Shown: positions 27,027-32,152 of the stretch, piece by piece | How positions within the stretch are numbered: position 1 is the first letter of the stretch | How the letters are laid out: each line of letters starts with the position of its first letter | NCBI GenBank assembly: GCA_046595715.1 | Contig: JBKJON010000467.1 | Location: 1-32,152, forward strand | Direction: 5' to 3' | From: Marmoricola sp. | Lineage (GTDB): Bacteria; Actinomycetota; Actinomycetes; Propionibacteriales; Nocardioidaceae | DNA length: 32,152 nt | Position numbers and translations under genes: made by a program | The notes under the pieces: model-generated | Databases searched by the model: none | Seen by the model: only the letters and a program-made list of their open reading frames with translations | Told to the model about the DNA's origin: nothing

Positions 27027-27647
27027 TCAGCGGTTGAAGCGCTGCTGGGTGAGCTCGAGGCCGTCAGCGATCAGCGACTCGACCGCGTCAGCGGCGCTGT
27101 CGATCTGGAACGGCAGCTCCTTGCGCTCGGTCGAGCCGTAGTTCGCCAGCACGAAGTCCGCGGGGCTCTGTCGTCCGGGAGGACGGCCGATCCCGGCGCG
27201 CACGCGGTAGAAGTCGCCACTGCCGAGTGAGGAGCGCATGGACTTGAGCCCGTTGTGGCCGTTGTCTCCCCCGCCGAGCTTGGTCCGCAACGTCGCGAAG
27301 TCGATGTCGAGCTCGTCGTGGATCGCGATGATCCGGCCCACCGGCACCTTGTAGAAGGTCGCCAGCGCCTTGACCGGGCCGCCGGCCTCGTTCATGAAGC
27401 AGCGAGGCCGACCCAGGACCAGCCGGGGCGAAGCCGAGCCGGGAGCACCGAGTCGTCCTTCGACGACGTCGGCGCGACCCGACTTGTGCGAGCGCCAGCC
27501 GCTCCCTAGCCGGCGCGCCAGCTCGTCGTTGACCATGTAGCCGATGTTGTGCCGGTTGCCGGCGTACGTCGGGCCGGGGTTGCCCAGCCCAACGACCAGC
27601 CACACCTCCGACTCCGGGCCGGACCCGGTCACAGCAGGCTCGCTCAC
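27027..27647 (-). CDS. pth: Peptidyl-tRNA hydrolase
   Basis: LVVGLGNPG..Y...RHNIG, FMNEAG, HDELD, GGGDNGHNGLKS and GIGRP; syntenic with rplY-prs. Confidence 0.97.
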   Translation of the reverse strand: MSEPAVTGSGPESEVWLVVGLGNPGPTYAGNRHNIGYMVNDELARRLGSGWRSHKSGRADVVEGRLGAPGSASPRLVLGRPRCFMNEAGGPVKALATFYKVPVGRIIAIHDELDIDFATLRTKLGGGDNGHNGLKSMRSSLGSGDFYRVRAGIGRPPGRQSPADFVLANYGSTERKELPFQIDSAADAVESLIADGLELTQQRFNR

Positions 27648-27658
27648 AAAGGGGCGGG

Positions 27659-28348
27659 TCAGCTGTCGGAGTCGGACTCGGAGTCGCCCTCGGCGGTCTC
27701 GGAGTCGCCCTCGGCAGCCTCGGACTCCGCGGACTCGTCGCGCTCGATGCCGACCTCGGCCTCGGCCTCCTCGAGCTCGGCCTCCACCTCTTCGGCGGTC
27801 GGCGCGTGCACGACGTTGACGACCAGCGCGTCGTCGTCGGTGAGCAGCAGCGAGCCCGTGGGCAGGTTGAGGTCCTTGGCGAGGACGTGGAAGCCGGCCA
27901 AAGCGCCCTCGACGGAGATCTCGATGAAGTCGGGGATGTTGGTGGCCTCGGCCTCGACGCTGACGACGTTCAGGTCCAAGACGACCATGGCGTCGGACCT
28001 TGCCTCACCGGTGACGTGGATCGGGATGTCGACAGTGACCTTCTCACCCTTCTTGACCTCGACGAAGTCGAGGTGCTCGAGGAAGCCCTTGATCGGGTCT
28101 GACTGGACCTGCTTGGTCAGCGCGAGGACCTCGGTGCCCTCGACGTCGATGTAGAGCAGCGCGTTGGAGCCGCCGCGCTTGAGCGCCATCATCGTGTCGT
28201 GGCCCGGGAGGGTGATGTGCTGCGGGTCGTTCCCGTGGCCGTAGATGACTGCGGGCACCTTGTCGTCGCGGCGGATGCGGCGGGCCGCGCCCTTGCCGAA
28301 CTCGGTGCGGGTCTCGGCCTTGATCTTCTCTTCGGTCTTCTCAGCCAT
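27659..28348 (-). CDS. rplY: 50S ribosomal protein L25 / general stress protein Ctc
   Basis: RTEFGKGAARRIRR..KVPAVIYGHG and HLDF, with the long-form C-terminal domain and an acidic tail. Confidence 0.97.
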   Translation of the reverse strand: MAEKTEEKIKAETRTEFGKGAARRIRRDDKVPAVIYGHGNDPQHITLPGHDTMMALKRGGSNALLYIDVEGTEVLALTKQVQSDPIKGFLEHLDFVEVKKGEKVTVDIPIHVTGEARSDAMVVLDLNVVSVEAEATNIPDFIEISVEGALAGFHVLAKDLNLPTGSLLLTDDDALVVNVVHAPTAEEVEAELEEAEAEVGIERDESAESEAAEGDSETAEGDSESDSDS

Positions 28349-28416
28349 GATGTGGGTGCTCCTCGGAACGTCGTACGGGTGAATAAGTCAGGTGGTTGCC
28401 AGGGCCGGAGACAGCA

Positions 28417-28519
28417 CATGCACCGCAGGCCGACGGGCGCGGTGCATGGTGATCATCACGAACCGACCGCGCCGATCACGGAGCATCCACTCCCTCGCCG
28501 AGGCAACTTGGAGATCTTA
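28417..28519 (-). promoter_or_regulatory. rplY promoter and structured 5' leader
   Basis: -10-like TAAGAT (28519-28514), followed by GTTGCCTCGGCGAGGGAG...CCGTGATCG and a 10-bp perfect stem (28417-28426 / 28439-28448). Confidence 0.45.
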
Positions 28520-28554
28520 CGCGACTGGTGAGTCGGCAGGCCAATCGGACAGCC

Positions 28555-29535
28555 TCAGGCGTGCCCGTCGAACATGGAGGTGACCGAGCCGTCCTCGAAG
28601 ACCTCCTTGATCGCCCGCGAGATGAGCGGGGCGATCGAGAGGCAGGTCAGCTTGTCGAACTGGCTCCCGGGGGGCAGTGGCAGGGTGTTGGTGACGATGA
28701 CCTCGGCGGCCGAGGAGTTCTTCAGGCGGTCGATGGCCGGCTCGGAGAGGATCGCGTGGGTGGCCGCGATGATCACCCCCGCAGCACCGTCGCTCATCAG
28801 GGCCTCGGCCGCGTTCACGATCGTGCCGCCGGTGTCGATCATGTCGTCGACCAGCACGCACATGCGTCCGTGGACGTCACCGACCACCCGGTTGGCGACG
28901 GTCTCGTTCGGCCGGTCGATGCGCCGGGACTTGTGGATGAACGCCAGCGGGGCGCCACCCAGCCGGGCCGACCAGCGCTCGGCGACCTTGATCCGTCCGG
29001 CATCCGGCGAGACCACGGCCAGCTTCTGGCCGGCGTACTGCTTCTTGACGTAGTCGGCGAGGATCGGCAGCGCCATCAGGTGGTCCACGGGTCCGTCGAA
29101 GAAGCCCTGGATCTGATCGGCGTGCAGGTCGACGGTGATCAGCCGGTCGGCGCCCGCGGTCTTGAACAGGTCAGCCATCAGCCGGGCGGAGATCGGCTCC
29201 CGCCCACGGTGCTTCTTGTCCTGACGTGCGTACCCGTAGAACGGCAGCACCACGGTGATCCGCTTCGCGGACGCACGCTTGAGCGCGTCGACCATGATCA
29301 GGTGCTCCATGATCCACTCGTTCACCGGCGCCGTGTGGCTCTGGATCACGAAGGCGTCGGAGCCGCGTACGGACTCCTCGTAGCGCACATAGATCTCGGA
29401 GTTGGCGAACTCGTAGGCCGAGGTCGGGACAAGCTCGGTGCCGAGCTCCTTGACGACCTCCGCGGCGAGCTCCGGGTGTGCCCTGCCGCTGAAGACCATC
29501 AGGTTCTTCTCAGTGGTCTTCTTCAATCCGCTCAC
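28555..29535 (-). CDS. prs: Ribose-phosphate pyrophosphokinase
   Basis: FANSEIYVR..ESVRG, PFYGYARQDKK, DLHADQIQGFF, VSPDAG and VDDMIDTGGT. GTG 29535 behind GAGGAG. Confidence 0.97.
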   Translation of the reverse strand: MSGLKKTTEKNLMVFSGRAHPELAAEVVKELGTELVPTSAYEFANSEIYVRYEESVRGSDAFVIQSHTAPVNEWIMEHLIMVDALKRASAKRITVVLPFYGYARQDKKHRGREPISARLMADLFKTAGADRLITVDLHADQIQGFFDGPVDHLMALPILADYVKKQYAGQKLAVVSPDAGRIKVAERWSARLGGAPLAFIHKSRRIDRPNETVANRVVGDVHGRMCVLVDDMIDTGGTIVNAAEALMSDGAAGVIIAATHAILSEPAIDRLKNSSAAEVIVTNTLPLPPGSQFDKLTCLSIAPLISRAIKEVFEDGSVTSMFDGHA

Positions 29536-29613
29536 GTTGTGCAGCTCCTCGGTCGTGCGGGTCTCGCCAATGACTTGATTGTCGCCCACCGGCGTCGTGG
29601 TGGCGAACTCCGG

Positions 29614-31101
29614 TCAGTCTGCGGTCTCGCCCGTGGCCTCTGGGGCCGCTGCGTGCACCGCTGCCTCGGCCGCCTCGGCCTGGGCCGTGCCGGGTCGGCG
29701 GCGGGCCGCCCAGCCCTCGATGGTGCGCTGGGGACCGGCGCTCACCGCCAGCGCGCCTGGCGGCACGTCCTCCCGGATCACGCTGCCTGCGCCGGTGGCG
29801 GCGCCGTCCCCGATGTGTACCGGGGCGACGAAGGTGTTGTTGCTCGCGGTGCGGGCGTGTCGGCCCACGACGGTGCGGTGCTTGGCCACGCCGTCGTAGT
29901 TGGCGAAGATCGTGCCGGCGCCGATGTTGGTGCCCTCACCGATCTCGGCGTCGCCGACGTAGGACAGGTGGGGCACCTTGGCCCCGTCGCCGATCCGGGC
30001 GTTCTTGGTCTCCACGAACCCGCCGATCTTTCCGCCCGCGCCGAGCTCGGTTCCGGGACGCAGGTAGGTGAAGGGCCCCACGTTGGCTCGCGCGCCGATG
30101 ACCGCGAGCTCCCCGTGGGTGCGTACGACGTGCGCGCCGACCCCGACCTCGACGTCCTTGAGCGTGCAGTCCGGTCCGATCACGGCGTCCTCGGCCACGA
30201 CGGTCGCGCCGAGCAGCTGGACGCCGGGCAGGATCGTCACGTCCTGCTCGAGGCGGACGTCGACGTCGATCCACGTCGTGTCGGGGTCGATGATCGTGAC
30301 ACCGGCCCTCATCCAGCCCTCGAGGATGCGGCGGTTCTTCTCCCTGGCCAGCGCTGCGAGCTGCGCCCGGTCGTTGGCCCCCTCGGTCTGGAGCACGTCG
30401 TCGATCGCGAAGGCGCCGACCCGGAGACCGTCCTCGCGCGCGATCTGCACCAGCTCGGTGAGGTAGTACTCGTCGTTGGCGTTGTCGTTCGTGAGCCGCG
30501 GCAGGGCGCTGTCGAGGAAACCGGCGTCGAAGGCCATGATCCCGCTGTTGATCTCCGAGACCGCCCGCTGCTCGGCGGTGGCGTCCTTCTGCTCCACGAT
30601 GCCCGTGACCTCACCAGCGGCATCCCGCAGCACGCGACCGTAGCCATGGGGGTCGCCCACCACGCCTGAGAGGATGCTGACCCCTCGAAGGGCGGCCACG
30701 TGGTCCTCGGCGAAGGCGCACAGGCTCTCGCCCTCGAGGAGGGGGGTGTCGCCGTACGCCACCAGGACCGTGCCGGTGCGGTCGGCCGGGTCGAGGGCCT
30801 CCCAGGCGACGCGGACGGCGTGCCCGGTGCCGTCCTGGGTCTCCTGGACCGCGAGCACCGCTCCGGGCAGGAGCCCAAGGATGTGCGGACCGACCTGCTC
30901 GCGCTGGTTGCCCACGACGGCGACGACGCGGTGGGGCTCGAGAGCCGCCACGGCATCGAGGACGTGGCCGATCATGCTGCGGCCCGAGAGGGGGTGCAGC
31001 ACCTTCATGGTCTTGGACCTCATCCTGGTGCCGCCGCCTGCGGCGAGGACGATCACGGTCACGGTCCCACTACGGGTGGCTGGCTTGCTCGTCGTGCTCA
31101 C
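29614..31101 (-). CDS. glmU: Bifunctional UDP-N-acetylglucosamine pyrophosphorylase / glucosamine-1-phosphate N-acetyltransferase
   Basis: VLAAGGGTRMRSK..KVLH, GTGHAV, YGDTPL, EINSG, EYYLT, hexapeptide repeats, HLSYVGDA and NYDGVAK. The exact start is uncertain. Confidence 0.97.
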   Translation of the reverse strand: MSTTSKPATRSGTVTVIVLAAGGGTRMRSKTMKVLHPLSGRSMIGHVLDAVAALEPHRVVAVVGNQREQVGPHILGLLPGAVLAVQETQDGTGHAVRVAWEALDPADRTGTVLVAYGDTPLLEGESLCAFAEDHVAALRGVSILSGVVGDPHGYGRVLRDAAGEVTGIVEQKDATAEQRAVSEINSGIMAFDAGFLDSALPRLTNDNANDEYYLTELVQIAREDGLRVGAFAIDDVLQTEGANDRAQLAALAREKNRRILEGWMRAGVTIIDPDTTWIDVDVRLEQDVTILPGVQLLGATVVAEDAVIGPDCTLKDVEVGVGAHVVRTHGELAVIGARANVGPFTYLRPGTELGAGGKIGGFVETKNARIGDGAKVPHLSYVGDAEIGEGTNIGAGTIFANYDGVAKHRTVVGRHARTASNNTFVAPVHIGDGAATGAGSVIREDVPPGALAVSAGPQRTIEGWAARRRPGTAQAEAAEAAVHAAAPEATGETAD

Positions 31102-31102
31102 G

Positions 31103-31148
31103 CTCCCCGGGTAGGAGTCGAACCTACGTCGCTAGTCCTGATTCAAAG
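31103..31148 (-). pseudogene. 3' half of tRNA-Gln (anticodon TTG); probable att-junction fragment
   Basis: Minus strand reads CTTTGAA (anticodon loop), TCAGG, ACTAGCGAC, GTAGG-TTCGACT-CCTAC (T arm), CCGGGGA-G (acceptor 3' strand). The upstream bases GAGTG cannot pair with TCAGG and no D arm is present. tRNA-Gln normally precedes glmU in Actinobacteria. Confidence 0.85.
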
Positions 31149-31672
31149 CACTCGGGCCACTGTCCGCAGCGGGGATCTGCAGAGGCTATCCCCCGCGTCG
31201 ACGTGGGTCAGGAGATGGTTCGGTCCGTTTCCGTGTCGGCCTTGGTCAGCACTGGGCGTTAGCAGGCCTGGGAGTCCCACCGACCCGATAACCAGCTCTC
31301 TTGCTCGGCGATGCCCGGGGTCCAGGGTGGCCGGAGGCCATCGCGCAGCGACGCTCTGCGCCCTTGATGCCGGGCGTCGTCGTGCAAATCCTTCGGGATC
31401 GGGTCGGCGGCAGCAGGGTGAGTGGGACTCTGGTCCCTGACCGCCGTCCATCTCGGATCGATGGCGCTCGTCTCCCAGCGGGGCGGGCGTCTTTCGACGT
31501 GAATGTCCTTACGCCGCCTGGGGTGCGCGAGGACGGCGCGCCAGCGCCGCCCGCAGTGCGCCCTCGCGCCGCAGGCGCGCTTGAGCCAGTAGAGAAAGTC
31601 GTCACCGATTCCCGGCTCCATGGCTCGTCACGCACGGCGCAGCCACCGGGCGGGACTTGCGGCGCGAGAAGT

Positions 31673-31942
31673 TCAGGCGACCTTGTGGCCGTACCTCTGG
31701 CGGACAGCCTCGCCGGATGTCCCGACAAAGGTGCCGATCAGCGACCAGGACATGCCGGCCTCGCGTGCTTTCTGGATCGCTGCGAGAACATGACGTTCCG
31801 CATCCGAGCGCTCCTGCACGGCTACGCGGAGTAGAGCGACCGCGTCGCGGTCCAGCTCGTCGGAGGGTTCTGGTTCGTAACCCTCGAAGCGAGCAGCGAG
31901 CTCGTCGGCGTGCTTGAGGATGTCGTCTACAGAGCGGGGCAT
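31673..31942 (-). CDS. Small protein with acidic N-terminus and C-terminal HTH; putative antitoxin
   Basis: 89 aa. C-terminal AREAGMSWSLIGTFVGTSGEAVRQRY fits an HTH pattern. ATG lies 4 nt after the upstream gene's stop, with AGGTGA as RBS. Confidence 0.7.
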   Translation of the reverse strand: MPRSVDDILKHADELAARFEGYEPEPSDELDRDAVALLRVAVQERSDAERHVLAAIQKAREAGMSWSLIGTFVGTSGEAVRQRYGHKVA

Positions 31943-31946
31943 TCGA

Positions 31947-32096
31947 TCACCTGAGGAACTTCTCGCGGGCTGGCATGGCGTGAACGATGACTACCGCCTC
32001 GACGCCCTGGACGTCACCGATCTCGAGGATGATCGCTGCCCTGTTGGCGCCGACCATCATGGTGAACCCCTCACCGAGATCCCAGACCCGGATTGG
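31947..32096 (-). CDS. Putative toxin (BrnT/RelE-like), 5' partial
   Basis: Manual translation ...PIRVWDLGEGFTMMVGANRAAIILEIGDVQGVEAVVIVHAMPAREKFLR*. The xG...LEIG...IVHAMxxR pattern resembles small actinobacterial toxin-like proteins. The 5' end is lost at the fold-back. Confidence 0.55.
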   Translation of the reverse strand, partial: PIRVWDLGEGFTMMVGANRAAIILEIGDVQGVEAVVIVHAMPAREKFLR

Positions 32097-32152
32097 GGTT
32101 CACCATGATGGTCGGCGCCAACAGGGCAGCGATCATCCTCGAGATCGGTGAC
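32013..32152. repeat. Terminal 58-bp perfect inverted repeat (fold-back)
   Basis: 32095-32152 is the exact reverse complement of 32013-32070, with a 24-nt loop, and ends at the window edge. Confidence 0.95.

Larger units (their letters stand above)
31149..32152. mobile_element. End of a genomic island / integrative element inserted in tRNA-Gln (continues beyond the window)
   Basis: The tRNA structure breaks exactly at the 7-nt anticodon loop and is followed by non-housekeeping DNA with a TA-like pair. No integrase is visible in the window. Confidence 0.6.

Noticed and set aside
27665-27790. Short direct repeats (TCGGAGTCGCCCTCGGC x2 and related)
   Set aside because: They encode the ordinary acidic low-complexity tail of L25/Ctc; not CRISPR or a mobile repeat.
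73-30669. Many long alternative ORFs (e.g. 73-1293 +, 1624-2721 +, 5607-7118 -, 14644-17118 +, 19397-20656 -, 28528-30669 +)
   Set aside because: They are antisense or frame-shifted shadows of well-supported genes, expected in high-GC DNA, and show no family motifs.
31103-31175. Possible complete tRNA using TCCCCGC (31175-31169) as the acceptor 5' strand
   Set aside because: Six of seven acceptor pairs could form, but the 5' part is only 27 nt, has no D arm, and its anticodon stem (GAGTG vs TCAGG) cannot pair.
31259-31621. 120-aa minus-strand ORF starting MEPGIGDDFLYWLKRA
   Set aside because: Only the first ~16 residues look protein-like; the rest is Arg/Pro-rich noise. It may be a decayed gene fragment but cannot be supported.
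31149-31670. Group I intron interrupting tRNA-Gln (a G precedes the anticodon loop)
   Set aside because: No 5' exon is in the window, I see no P7 (R/S) core motifs, and the junction would not follow a U as group I splicing requires.
1-32152. CRISPR array, rRNA, transposase or integrase genes
   Set aside because: I found no regularly spaced repeats, rRNA-like sequence or recombinase/transposase motifs.

Overview
High-GC actinobacterial DNA; gene content and protein style suggest Nocardioidaceae (inference). From left to right: a 3'-truncated cholesterol oxidase (choD), an aldehyde (succinic semialdehyde) dehydrogenase remnant with a large in-frame internal deletion, and a stand-alone LigD-type primase-polymerase. 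Next comes a ~24.4-kb surface-glycan locus (2613-27024). It encodes CysQ, a pyruvyl transferase, a Wzc-like co-polymerase with a degenerate kinase domain, a Wzx flippase, a TagF-like glycerophosphotransferase, a PAPS sulfotransferase, an APH-fold kinase, GT2, a CDP-alcohol phosphotransferase and a WecB/TagA transferase. It also encodes an apparent Wzy-Wzz fusion, two GH26-like paralogs, two giant propeller/PKD paralogs (one with a malectin insert), a LamG-like protein and an orphan lipoprotein. The housekeeping block pth-rplY-prs-glmU follows. Directly upstream of glmU only the 3' half of tRNA-Gln(TTG) remains, which looks like the att junction of an integrated element carrying a putative toxin-antitoxin pair. 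Both window ends show short fold-back inversions that are probably library or assembly artefacts. All calls come from reading motifs by eye; no database searches were run.
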